Source: Candidatus Thorarchaeota archaeon (GTDB lineage Archaea; Asgardarchaeota; Thorarchaeia; Thorarchaeales; Thorarchaeaceae). From it: 36,357 bases of DNA. The notes under the pieces are model-generated. The model made no database searches. It was not told where the DNA came from and was given only the letters and a program-made list of their open reading frames with translations. Below, in pieces: positions 26,740-35,440 of this stretch. The stretch spans positions 1 through 36,357 of the forward strand of contig JAEOUG010000183.1 of the NCBI GenBank assembly GCA_016839445.1, given 5' to 3'. Numbering within the stretch: position 1 is the stretch's first letter; every line of letters begins with the position of its first letter. Both the position numbers and the translations under genes were made by a program.

Positions 26740-27270
26740 TTGTCTACGGAATACCGCTTCAAGATTGTGATGCTCGGAGAGGGTGCCGTAGGAAAGACAG
26801 CCATGACGCTCCGCTTCACACAGAACTACTTCGAGACAGACTACAAGCGAACAATCGGCACCGATTTCTCTGTCAAGCGCCTCAAGATCCCCGAGTACGA
26901 CACCGATGTTACGCTACAAATATGGGACTTAGCGGGACAACCGCGGTTCGAATCAGTACGGCAGGGCTTCTACCGGGGAGCGCGAGGCGGACTTCTCCTC
27001 TATGACGTCACACGGCGAAGGACCTTCATTAGCCTCGAGAACTGGAAGGAGGAGACTTTCAGGAGCCTGGACAGGGAGATTCCGTTGGCGGTTGTAGCTA
27101 ACAAGATAGACCTTGTTGAGAGCAGGGTAGTGACTCCTGAAGAAGGTCAGGAGTACGCCAGAGAGCACAACCACCTGTACGTCGAATGCAGCGCGCTCAC
27201 GGGACATAATGTCGAGGATGCCTACGTCGATCTCTGCAAGAGAATGATTGATGAGTCAAAGAAGAGCTGA
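26740..27270 (+). CDS. Rab-like small GTPase #1
   Basis: GEGAVGKT, TIGTDF, LQIWDLAGQ, RFESV, FYRGA, LYDVT, NKID, CSAL; no C-terminal prenylation Cys. GGGAGTG SD before TTG 26740. Confidence 0.93.
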   Translation: MSTEYRFKIVMLGEGAVGKTAMTLRFTQNYFETDYKRTIGTDFSVKRLKIPEYDTDVTLQIWDLAGQPRFESVRQGFYRGARGGLLLYDVTRRRTFISLENWKEETFRSLDREIPLAVVANKIDLVESRVVTPEEGQEYAREHNHLYVECSALTGHNVEDAYVDLCKRMIDESKKS

Positions 27271-27274
27271 TGGG

Positions 27275-28402
27275 CTATCTTCGTCTGACCTTGCCCTTAA
27301 GCAATCCAAGGGCCCTTCTGCATTGCCACAGCACATAGAAGACGCTCTTTGACTGGAGAATCTCGGGGTCGTACCCCGCTACGAGCTCCTCGTATTTCCG
27401 GATGAGCTCCTGGTTGCTTGCAGGAGCTGGGTCAGCCTCAATCTCCTTCAGGAGGTTCTCGAAGGGAGCAAGCATAGCACCCATGTCAGTGACCTCCCAT
27501 CTTAGCACGGCCCCAGAGCCGTCTTCTGTGATGAAGGCATTCCCAGTCGGCAGCCACTCGATTCCGTCAATTTCACCGATAGTGGTAGCTTGACCCACCA
27601 CTGTTTCGGAGTCCACTTCCCAGAGGAACAGGTCTTTGTCAGAGGAGCCAGAAACAAGGTACTTGCCGTCGGGGCTGAAGCCCAAGGCTCGCACTTCTCC
27701 CGAGTGCTGATGAAGAGTACTTGTTATCTTCATTGGTTTCCAGCTGGAGTCCCACAGTACTATGATCTGATCAGAAGAGCAGGAGGCAAGTCTCTTACCA
27801 TCATGTGAGAAGCGTGTGTGGTGGACTGCCGCGCGATGCTCTTGGTGCTTCTCAATGAGCTTGCCAGATATTGCGTCCCATTCACAGATGTTGGCGTCCA
27901 CAGACCCAGAAACGATCCGGTTGTCGGTTGGGTCCCAGTCGCATGTTACCACATAGAACCCGTGACCCTTCATCTTGTGCATCTTTGACTGGTCGTCGAT
28001 ATTCCAGACTGTCAGAGTTGTATCGCCGCTTCCTGACACAAGCCTGTCACCATCAGGAGAGAAAGCCAGACATAGAACCGGATAGGTGTGATCTCGTAGC
28101 TGGCCCAGACACTCCCCAGTCTTGATGTCCCATAGCTTGATGACATGTTCGACGGTCCCAGCGGCCACAATGTCCCCCCTAGGGCTAAAGGCCAGTGAGG
28201 TGCATAGAAAGTCATCCTGAACCTTCTGCATCTCCTCTCCGGTCTCAGCGGCATAGAAGCGAACTGTCCTGTCCTGAAGAGCGGCGGCAAACATGCGGCC
28301 GACTTTGTTCATGGCAAACCGGCGTGTGATGTCCCCGCCCTGTTCGGCGGCGGGTTTGAGGATCTTGGGTTTGAGAAATACAGAGAGATCTTGACCTTCC
28401 AT
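27275..28402 (-). CDS. WD40 beta-propeller protein (about 7 blades) with a short helical C-terminal tail
   Basis: Repeats such as HTYPVLCLAFSPDGDRLVSGSGDTTLTVWN and HSGEVRALGFSPDGKYLVSGSSDKDLFLWE; GGAGTG SD before ATG 28402. Confidence 0.92.
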   Translation of the reverse strand: MEGQDLSVFLKPKILKPAAEQGGDITRRFAMNKVGRMFAAALQDRTVRFYAAETGEEMQKVQDDFLCTSLAFSPRGDIVAAGTVEHVIKLWDIKTGECLGQLRDHTYPVLCLAFSPDGDRLVSGSGDTTLTVWNIDDQSKMHKMKGHGFYVVTCDWDPTDNRIVSGSVDANICEWDAISGKLIEKHQEHRAAVHHTRFSHDGKRLASCSSDQIIVLWDSSWKPMKITSTLHQHSGEVRALGFSPDGKYLVSGSSDKDLFLWEVDSETVVGQATTIGEIDGIEWLPTGNAFITEDGSGAVLRWEVTDMGAMLAPFENLLKEIEADPAPASNQELIRKYEELVAGYDPEILQSKSVFYVLWQCRRALGLLKGKVRRR

Positions 28403-28512
28403 CCGGTTCACTCCTTGCCGGCTCTAAGGGCTGGAAAAACTGACAACGTAAAAAGGGTTCCTTGGATGTGCTTGGCAGTGCACTCCGGCCTGTTCCTCAA
28501 TCAGAACAAGTA

Positions 28513-28518
28513 TTATAA
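28513..28518 (+). promoter_or_regulatory. Putative TATA box TTATAA for the HEAT/appendage gene
   Basis: Preceded by purine-rich GAACAAG (BRE-like); 35 nt upstream of TTG 28553, with GGAGGG SD in between. Confidence 0.5.
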
Positions 28519-28552
28519 TCCCAGTAGCATCGGCAGACTCGGAGGGCCCCGA

Positions 28553-29764
28553 TTGTCCAAGAAGAGCGAACGCACTCTGACCTCTGCACTGGGAGGAGGA
28601 GAACCGCTTCGTTTGCTGAAGAAGGCAATCAAGAAGATATCCAAGCCTTCAGAGGATAAGATAGGGAAGACACTAGAGAGCATCACGAGCATTCAGGCAT
28701 GCAAGGATGCGGCCCTCACAGGAGACGAGAATCTACGATTACTGGCAGTCATGAAGCTCCCAGACTTCGGTGTCGAGGCTCTCGAGCCTCTCGAGCTGGC
28801 ACTCAACGACGAGAGTTCGCTAGTAAGAGTAGCATCTGCCGGAATGCTGGCGGCTCTGGGCGACCGTGATGGTGTGGCCCTAATGGAGCAACACCTTAAC
28901 GACAACAACGACACCGTGAGAGCTGCCTTGGAGTACTCAATCCAGTGGCTTCAGAGAAAGGGAAAGGTGCTTGCGAAACCAACTCGATTGACGAAAGGAA
29001 CAGATCCCTTGGGAATCCTCCTTGAGGATCTTGTGCCCTTGGGGACTACTGATGAAGTCCTAGTCAAGAACGACTTCGCGGCACTTCCTGGCAGTCTGCA
29101 GTTTGGCATGACCATTGAGAACGAGAGCTTCGCGACAATCAGGGATGTCCGAGTAGAGATTCTGTCATATCCCAAGGAGAACCTAACTCCTGAAGACTCC
29201 CAAGTTCAGATGATTGAAGAGATACTCCAGGGAGAGTCTAATAGCCTGATCTTCGAGTTCCGCGTGGACGGCGATTGCGTAGAGGGAGAGATCATCACGT
29301 CGGTAACCCTAAGAGATGAGACCGGAGAGAAACTGGCCGCCAAGTCAGGTAATGTCTTCGTCCGATCGATCTACGAGCAGATTGAGCCCATCGACATAAC
29401 GGAAGACGAATTCCTGACAGTCAAATCGGAGATGACAAACTGGAACCGTGAGCACATGCTTGCCAGCGAGCCAGTCGAGGTCTTCGAAGCCCTAGTGAAG
29501 ATCATCGAAGACAAGAACATGAGGATATTCCAGTTTGACTCTGCAGAGAAGAAAAAGGCGTTCATGGGGATTGTCGCAGCAATGGGCAAAGGACGCCACT
29601 CGGGTAATCGGATAGCGGTGTCTTTCACCGTGGCCGGAACGAAGGATGATGAGCTGTCCAAGCTGCGTATAGATGTGTTCTCGGACAATGCCGAGATACT
29701 CCACAGTGCAGCAAGCGCAATCTTTGAGGAGATTCAGGTAGTACTGGGTGTTCTTGACGACTAG
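28553..29764 (+). CDS. HEAT-repeat protein with C-terminal Ig-like plus platform domains resembling the beta-COP/adaptin appendage
   Basis: HEAT repeats LELALNDESSLVRVASAGMLAALG and HLNDNNDTVRAAL; beta-sandwich LQFGMTIENES...VRVEIL...GESNSLIFEF...GEIITSVTL; platform-like tail IEPIDITEDEF...NMRIF...FMG...LRIDVFSDN. Confidence 0.7.
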   Translation: MSKKSERTLTSALGGGEPLRLLKKAIKKISKPSEDKIGKTLESITSIQACKDAALTGDENLRLLAVMKLPDFGVEALEPLELALNDESSLVRVASAGMLAALGDRDGVALMEQHLNDNNDTVRAALEYSIQWLQRKGKVLAKPTRLTKGTDPLGILLEDLVPLGTTDEVLVKNDFAALPGSLQFGMTIENESFATIRDVRVEILSYPKENLTPEDSQVQMIEEILQGESNSLIFEFRVDGDCVEGEIITSVTLRDETGEKLAAKSGNVFVRSIYEQIEPIDITEDEFLTVKSEMTNWNREHMLASEPVEVFEALVKIIEDKNMRIFQFDSAEKKKAFMGIVAAMGKGRHSGNRIAVSFTVAGTKDDELSKLRIDVFSDNAEILHSAASAIFEEIQVVLGVLDD

Positions 29765-29770
29765 ACGAGT

Positions 29771-30337
29771 CTAAGCCAGCCCACCAGCCTCGAGTATCTT
29801 AATCGCGAGCTCGAGGAAAGCAGCCTCAACATTCTCGCCAGTCTTCGCGGAGGTCTCGATGAAGGATGTGTGGACTCCATTGCTGGCAATCTTGTTAGCC
29901 AGGTTCTGTCCTTCCTCGGTGGTGACAATGGTCTGCTGCATCACCGGATTGTCCTTGAACTGCTCACGGAGATCTGTCTTGTTAGCCACGAGAACGATTG
30001 GTATCTTCTTGCCAGCATTGGTCCAGCATTCATCGACCCAGCTCATGAGATTATCATACGAGCCCCGTTCAACGGTGGAGTAGACAGCCAGAGCGCCCTG
30101 GGCACCCTTGTAGAAAGTAGAGCGAACACTCTTGAAGTGCTCTTGTCCGGCTAAGTCCCATATTTGGATGCTCACATCATGGCCGCCCTCAAGACTCATC
30201 TTCTTGACCGCGAAGTCAGCCCCGATGGTGATCATGTAGTTGGCTCGGAAACCTTCTCCCATGTAGGTCCGGCGCAGGCTGGTCTTCCCGACACTGCCAT
30301 CTCCCATTAGCACGACTTTGAACAATGCAGTGACCAT
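29771..30337 (-). CDS. Rab-like small GTPase #2
   Basis: GDGSVGKT, TIGADF, IQIWDLAGQ, FYKGA, NKTD, ETSAK; no CAAX/CC tail. Confidence 0.93.
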   Translation of the reverse strand: MVTALFKVVLMGDGSVGKTSLRRTYMGEGFRANYMITIGADFAVKKMSLEGGHDVSIQIWDLAGQEHFKSVRSTFYKGAQGALAVYSTVERGSYDNLMSWVDECWTNAGKKIPIVLVANKTDLREQFKDNPVMQQTIVTTEEGQNLANKIASNGVHTSFIETSAKTGENVEAAFLELAIKILEAGGLA

Positions 30338-30358
30338 GATACGTCACCCGACTCGTAG

Positions 30359-30375
30359 AGTGTCCACTGGACACT
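30359..30375. repeat. Perfect 8-1-8 palindrome AGTGTCCA-C-TGGACACT
   Basis: Read directly; about 20 nt upstream of the Rab #2 start. Confidence 0.7.
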
Positions 30376-30459
30376 GACGCGGTATTTGACGCTTCCGCTA
30401 TTTGAGTCTATGCCGATTGTCCAGCTTCATTGCAGGGGCGGGGAGAGCGGTTCACGGAA

Positions 30460-30483
30460 CACGAGGTCTCCGGAGGACTCGTG
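30460..30483. repeat. Imperfect 24-bp palindrome CACGAGGTCTCCGGAGGACTCGTG
   Basis: 20 of 24 positions match its own reverse complement; lies in the Rab #2/polB2 divergent gap. Confidence 0.6.
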
Positions 30484-30671
30484 ATTAACAATGGCAACCC
30501 AGACTTGGAGGGTTGGTGGGTATGGGAGGGTCGTCCCACCTCTTCAGGTCATGTTAGTTTCGGGAACCTGTCCCCATGGTGGGAGTCCTTCCGGAAGTAC
30601 AACTCCTACCCGGAAGACCCACAATCACAGCGGTAGAATGTATGAGGCCAGCTGAATGGTGGATGCAAGAC

Positions 30672-30947
30672 ATGGGTAGAACCGTACGCACCTTTCGGGA
30701 TGCAATCAGAATCGAGGAGGCCAGATGGAAGGACTACAGGAGGACAATGAGACCGTCGCAGAGGGAGTTCCTCGACCGTGTCTTCGATCATGGGAGGAGT
30801 CTTGCTGATGCGGGTACGATGATTGTGACCCCTAGAGTCATGGAGGTGGTTCTCCTCTCATCGATGGTAGAGATGATTCGAGAGCTGGATGAGATCAAGG
30901 AGAGGTTGGGGGTGCTTGAGACACGGCTTGAGGAGATCTCACCCTGA
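30672..30947 (+). CDS. Small helical PolB2-associated protein (arCOG07300-like)
   Basis: MGRTVRTFRDAI..E..RW..YRRTM...REFLDRVF pattern and a 1-nt overlap with polB2. Confidence 0.72.
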   Translation: MGRTVRTFRDAIRIEEARWKDYRRTMRPSQREFLDRVFDHGRSLADAGTMIVTPRVMEVVLLSSMVEMIRELDEIKERLGVLETRLEEISP

Positions 30948-33217
30948 TGACTGAGACTGGATGGTTGCTCGACGCCAGTATCGACCGAGAGAACCAGGGG
31001 CTGACACTCTGGATCAAAACAGATGGAACGACTCGGGGATACCTCTATCGAAGATTCCACCCATCGCTCTTTGTGACTACTGACATCATCACCAGTGGTG
31101 AGTGGAGGAACGACGAGGCCGTGAAGGCCGTACGAGAGCATGAGTCTGTGGTCGATGTCGAGATTGTCAAGCGCTTCGTGAGTGTATACGATGATGAGAA
31201 GAGCCCTGTACTCAGGGTCTCTACAACAACAGACGCCTTCCTTGACCTAGCAAGAGACCTTGAGCGACTTCCCGGGGCTACTGTCTTCCACGCAGACATC
31301 GATCCAGTACAGCAGTTCTTCATCATTGAGAGGATCTTCCCGTTCGGGCGAGTGGAGTACGACCTGAGCGGAGAAGAGATCACCAGCATCAGATGTCTTG
31401 ACAGCAGGGAGGACACAGAGTACGAGATCCCAGACCTCGAAGAGATTCGTTTCGAGGTGTTTGTAGACACAGAAAGACCCTTCCCAAGATTTGAAGACCC
31501 GATACACCACATCGAGGTCCTGCACCACGAGAGCATCATTCGCATCGAAGATGAGGACGAAGCGGAGATTCTCAGGGGATTCCAGGAGCTAGTCGACGAG
31601 ATTGATCCCGATGTGATTGTCAGTAGAGGAGGCGACGACAGTCTATTCCGATACCTCGGTCTGCGAGCGAAGATCCACGGAATACAGCTCGTGCTATCAA
31701 GAAACGGCACTCCATTGAGAGTGGTTCACAGGAAGCCTCAGTCATTCTGGCAGTACAATCAGATCATGTTCCGTGCCGGGAATCAAGTGATGTTCGATGG
31801 GAGAATACACATCGACAGGTCCGAGAGTCTCTACTACTCACCCTCGGGCATGGAGGGAGTGATTGAGGGGTGCAGACTTGCCTTCTCTCAGCCACAGAGG
31901 GTATCGAGAATGTCAATTGGTAGCGTGAACGCTGCGGTGCAGTACTTCAATGCCTACGAGATGGACATCTTGATTCCACCCATCAAGAAGAACCCGGAGT
32001 TCCTCAAACCGATCACAGACCTCCTGGCCATCGACCGCGGGGGCCTCATCCTTCAGCCCCGGCCCGACATCTACGAGAACATCGCGGAATGTGACTTCTC
32101 ATCGATGTATCCGACGCTCATGGTGACACGCAACATAAGCCCTGAGACCATCTGCACACGGGATGACTGCCCGTACGAGCACAAGTACTGCATAGAGGTG
32201 CCCGAACTGAGCTTCAGGCTCTGTACACGCAAGAGAGGGCTAGTTGCGGAATCGCTTGACCTTGTCGTGAAGAAGCGTGATGCCTTCAAGAAACACATCA
32301 AAGAGGGCAAGGATGCCCGCAGGTATGAACTGATGCAGAACACGCTGAAGGGAGTCCTTGTCTCATGTTTTGGGTATCTTGGGTTCAAGAACGCACGTTT
32401 CGGGAGAGTGGAAGCTCATACAGCTGTGACTGCTCTGGCAAGAGACACCCTACTGAGGACGCAGGAGATTGGAGAGGAGATGGGGCTTGAGATGGTGCAC
32501 GGCATTGTAGACTCGTTATGGCTAAAGTCAGATTCAGAGATTGAATATGACAAGATTGTCGAGTTCTGCCAGAGAGTGACTGACGAGGTCGATATTGCCA
32601 TGTCCCCGAAGGGAGTCTACCGCTGGATGGTCATTCCATCCTCGCGGCTTCACCCTTCTATCGCACCGCTGAATAGATACTACGGAGTCTACAGGAATGG
32701 AGCTATCAAGACCAGAGGTATCGAAACGCGAAGACGTGATACCTGTCTGTACGTGGGGGACTGCCAGATGGCAATGATCAGGACACTGGCAAAGGGAAGG
32801 GACAAGGCGGGATTCATCAGGAGAATACCGGATGCGAAGGCGGTCTGCAGGCGTTATATAGAGAGGTTGCATCAGGGAGACGTTGACTTCCGAGATCTCA
32901 TTCTCAACTCGCGCCTCACAAGAAACCCAGGAGAATATCGTGCAACATCGCGTGCTGCAGTTGTATCCCAGCAACTCACCAGAGTAGGAAGAGAGCTACA
33001 TGCAGGACAGAAGGTGCGCTACATCATGACAAGTGCAGATTCGGAGAATCCCATGAGGAGAGTCAGAGCTCTGGAACTCGTTGACAGAAGCACACGGTAT
33101 GATGCGGCTGCGTATGCAAAGCTGTGTGAACGTGCCTTTGAGAACTTGATTCCGGTGCAGTATCTTCCAGACACAGGGAGAGAAGACTCCGAACAGATGC
33201 TCCTGACTGCAGAGTAA
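30947..33217 (+). CDS. polB2: Family B DNA polymerase, PolB2 subfamily (degenerate exonuclease)
   Basis: DFSSMYP...NISPET, KGVLVSCFGYLG, HGIVDSL (for YGDTDS), KTRGIETRRRD; no intact ExoI DxE/ExoII motifs seen. Confidence 0.88.
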   Translation: MTETGWLLDASIDRENQGLTLWIKTDGTTRGYLYRRFHPSLFVTTDIITSGEWRNDEAVKAVREHESVVDVEIVKRFVSVYDDEKSPVLRVSTTTDAFLDLARDLERLPGATVFHADIDPVQQFFIIERIFPFGRVEYDLSGEEITSIRCLDSREDTEYEIPDLEEIRFEVFVDTERPFPRFEDPIHHIEVLHHESIIRIEDEDEAEILRGFQELVDEIDPDVIVSRGGDDSLFRYLGLRAKIHGIQLVLSRNGTPLRVVHRKPQSFWQYNQIMFRAGNQVMFDGRIHIDRSESLYYSPSGMEGVIEGCRLAFSQPQRVSRMSIGSVNAAVQYFNAYEMDILIPPIKKNPEFLKPITDLLAIDRGGLILQPRPDIYENIAECDFSSMYPTLMVTRNISPETICTRDDCPYEHKYCIEVPELSFRLCTRKRGLVAESLDLVVKKRDAFKKHIKEGKDARRYELMQNTLKGVLVSCFGYLGFKNARFGRVEAHTAVTALARDTLLRTQEIGEEMGLEMVHGIVDSLWLKSDSEIEYDKIVEFCQRVTDEVDIAMSPKGVYRWMVIPSSRLHPSIAPLNRYYGVYRNGAIKTRGIETRRRDTCLYVGDCQMAMIRTLAKGRDKAGFIRRIPDAKAVCRRYIERLHQGDVDFRDLILNSRLTRNPGEYRATSRAAVVSQQLTRVGRELHAGQKVRYIMTSADSENPMRRVRALELVDRSTRYDAAAYAKLCERAFENLIPVQYLPDTGREDSEQMLLTAE

Positions 33218-33218
33218 G

Positions 33219-34607
33219 CTACTCCGTCACAGCATGGGCCTGCATTGCGATTCTCGGGCGGAGCTCACGGACTGGAATCCCGGTCTCACGCGACACACGA
33301 AGGACATCGTCTGCTTCGGGCTTGATGTTGATAATGCTGCCATCCCGAGTACGTGATACTTTGACGCGGACCATGTACTCCTTGTCATCAATCTCTAATC
33401 TGCACACAAGGCTCTCTCTGTTGGCTTTGAGTCGCGCCCAGTTGGAGTATCTGATTCCGGTCGTGCCAAGCTGTCTAATCATCACCTCAGCGATGCTCTT
33501 CAGCCCAGCCTTGGCCGCAATGACCTTCACAACATGGGCAGGCCTGTTCTTCTTTCCCATCGCAGGAATGATGACAACGTCATAGGCCAGACCATCATCG
33601 ATGAGCGTATCGAAGAGATTCCCAAGGGTTTCCCCATCAACATCATCGACATTGGTCTCAATCACGACTACTTCGTCTGTACTCCAGTCTTCAAGCACCT
33701 CTGCTTTCTCCTTCGTCTTCGGTTTGTCTTCCTTGGGAGCCTTCTTCTCTGTTTCAGTCTCTGAAGGATCAGGCTTGGCCTCAGGTTTCTTCTCCTCGGT
33801 CTCGGGAGCCACCATCTCGCCCACGGAAATCTGCATCATGTTTGGCGTCTTGCCTAGGTCTCGCGTGCCGAATCCAACCCCTTGGTTTCTGACGACGAAG
33901 CCTTCTCTGCTCTTGATGTACGAACCGGCAATTGTCACCAGTAGAGCCGCTCCGGTCGGAGTGAGAACCTCTGTACGTGCATCCCCGTTGTGGAACGGAA
34001 CATCATTTGCCACAAGAATCTCAGCCACAGCTGGAACCGGGACTTCGAGCTCGCCATGTTCAGTAGAGACAGTTCCACTTCCCACAGCAACACGCGTTGA
34101 CACAAACTCAGTGTCTTCAAGAAGGTCGCCCCGTTCAAGTAGATAGGCAGTTCCTACTATGTCGAGAATCGTGTCGATGCTGCCTGTTTCGTGGAGGTGT
34201 AGCTCAGATATCGGTTTGTTGTGAGCACGGCTCTCAGCCTCGAAGATCTCCTGCAAAGCCTTCTTGGCAAGGTCCCGTGCCTCTTTGGAGAGCTCAACCT
34301 CTTCAGATACTGCCATCAGGACGTCCATTAGTGACTGTGGGTCCAACCGCAGGGTCGGGTTCCGAGTTATCTGAATTCGTCGGCCGGTCTTGTCACCAAC
34401 CGTGTGCGTGGTCATGTTGATCCTGAATGACGGATCATAGATGAGCAGGCTGGCAGCAACTGGGAGGAGCGCATCTTCCTCCCCTATGAGGTCGGTCAGT
34501 GCAGCCAGGAACATGTCTCCTGAAGCTCCTGCTGTTTCCACATCAATCAGGACTCGTTTCTTCGCCAAGTCAGTCCTTCTCCTGCCATACTGCGGCTGTT
34601 CAGACAA
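33219..34607 (-). CDS. larC: Nickel insertase LarC (nickel-pincer nucleotide cofactor biosynthesis)
   Basis: GASGDMFLAAL, AESRAH..HLHETGSIDTILDIVG, HGELEVPVPA, TPTGAAL, ETNVDD, GKKNRP, TTGIR, KPEADD. Confidence 0.92.
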   Translation of the reverse strand: MSEQPQYGRRRTDLAKKRVLIDVETAGASGDMFLAALTDLIGEEDALLPVAASLLIYDPSFRINMTTHTVGDKTGRRIQITRNPTLRLDPQSLMDVLMAVSEEVELSKEARDLAKKALQEIFEAESRAHNKPISELHLHETGSIDTILDIVGTAYLLERGDLLEDTEFVSTRVAVGSGTVSTEHGELEVPVPAVAEILVANDVPFHNGDARTEVLTPTGAALLVTIAGSYIKSREGFVVRNQGVGFGTRDLGKTPNMMQISVGEMVAPETEEKKPEAKPDPSETETEKKAPKEDKPKTKEKAEVLEDWSTDEVVVIETNVDDVDGETLGNLFDTLIDDGLAYDVVIIPAMGKKNRPAHVVKVIAAKAGLKSIAEVMIRQLGTTGIRYSNWARLKANRESLVCRLEIDDKEYMVRVKVSRTRDGSIINIKPEADDVLRVSRETGIPVRELRPRIAMQAHAVTE

Positions 34608-34654
34608 CTCTGGTTGTTGCTCGAAGAAAAGCGTTTCGAGGATGAATACATACC

Positions 34655-35431
34655 TCAGTCAGTGGCGGCCCTCCACTTGCTGAAGATGGCCATGTACATG
34701 CATTCCTCAGGAGAGATCCACATCTCGGAGCTGTCGAAGGAATCATTCGTATGCTCCACCGGAGCACCGCGAACCAGCACGGCCGGAATGCCCTCATCAG
34801 ATTCACCCATCAGCAGTGTGCATGCAGAGGCAAGATTGTCTGCAACTGCCCTTCTTGTCACGCGCAGCGTGTTGCCGAAGAGGTCTCTACGTCCTCGATC
34901 ATCAGAAACAGGCTTGAATCCTGCAACACCCAAGGCCATGCCCACATTCCCAAGCCTAAGTGGTTGGGTCCGGCTGTCTATAATCATCACTCCGACTGTC
35001 ATGCCCAGCCTTGACCTAATCTCGTGCCTGATTCTCTCTGCACTCTTCCTCGAGTTCCTGGGCAGCAGGGATGCAAAGCCAGGCGGCACATTGGACTTGT
35101 CCACTCCTGCATTTGCCATGAGTGTATTGTCTTTGATTGTGAGCAACACATTAGGAATCCCTCCAAGGATCTCGTCTGCCTCGCGAATGACAAGCTCGGC
35201 CACCGCGGGGAGAACGGAGTATCTCTCTGCAAGACGCTCGGCTTCGGGGGATACGTCGATACCTGAGAGCTGCACAACTTGGCCTTCCGTGGTCCCAAGA
35301 GGCGTTTCGGCCACTACAAGGATGTCATCGTCTTCAATGGTCAAGCCGTTCTCTTCTATGCTCTTCACAAGTACGTCGACGATGTCATCCTCAGAGGTAA
35401 TGACTCTCGTCTTGATTGGCATTAGCTCCAT
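34655..35431 (-). CDS. cofE: Coenzyme F420-0:L-glutamate ligase
   Basis: DDDILVVAE, ANAGVDKSN, LLP, VGVMIIDSRTQPLRLG, DLFGNTL.VT..AVADNLASA..LMGE..EGIPAVLVRG. Confidence 0.9.
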   Translation of the reverse strand: MELMPIKTRVITSEDDIVDVLVKSIEENGLTIEDDDILVVAETPLGTTEGQVVQLSGIDVSPEAERLAERYSVLPAVAELVIREADEILGGIPNVLLTIKDNTLMANAGVDKSNVPPGFASLLPRNSRKSAERIRHEIRSRLGMTVGVMIIDSRTQPLRLGNVGMALGVAGFKPVSDDRGRRDLFGNTLRVTRRAVADNLASACTLLMGESDEGIPAVLVRGAPVEHTNDSFDSSEMWISPEECMYMAIFSKWRAATD

Positions 35432-35440
35432 CTTGCTTCT

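Noticed and set aside
30556-30561. AGTTTC matching the Sulfolobus ANTTTC damage-response element upstream of polB2
   Set aside because: A single degenerate hexamer is expected by chance, and no adjacent TATA box was found.
30338-30671. Possible SRP RNA, RNase P RNA or tRNA in the long intergenic region
   Set aside because: I could not find the SRP helix 8 motif, RNase P conserved regions or a T-loop GTTCRA cloverleaf on either strand.
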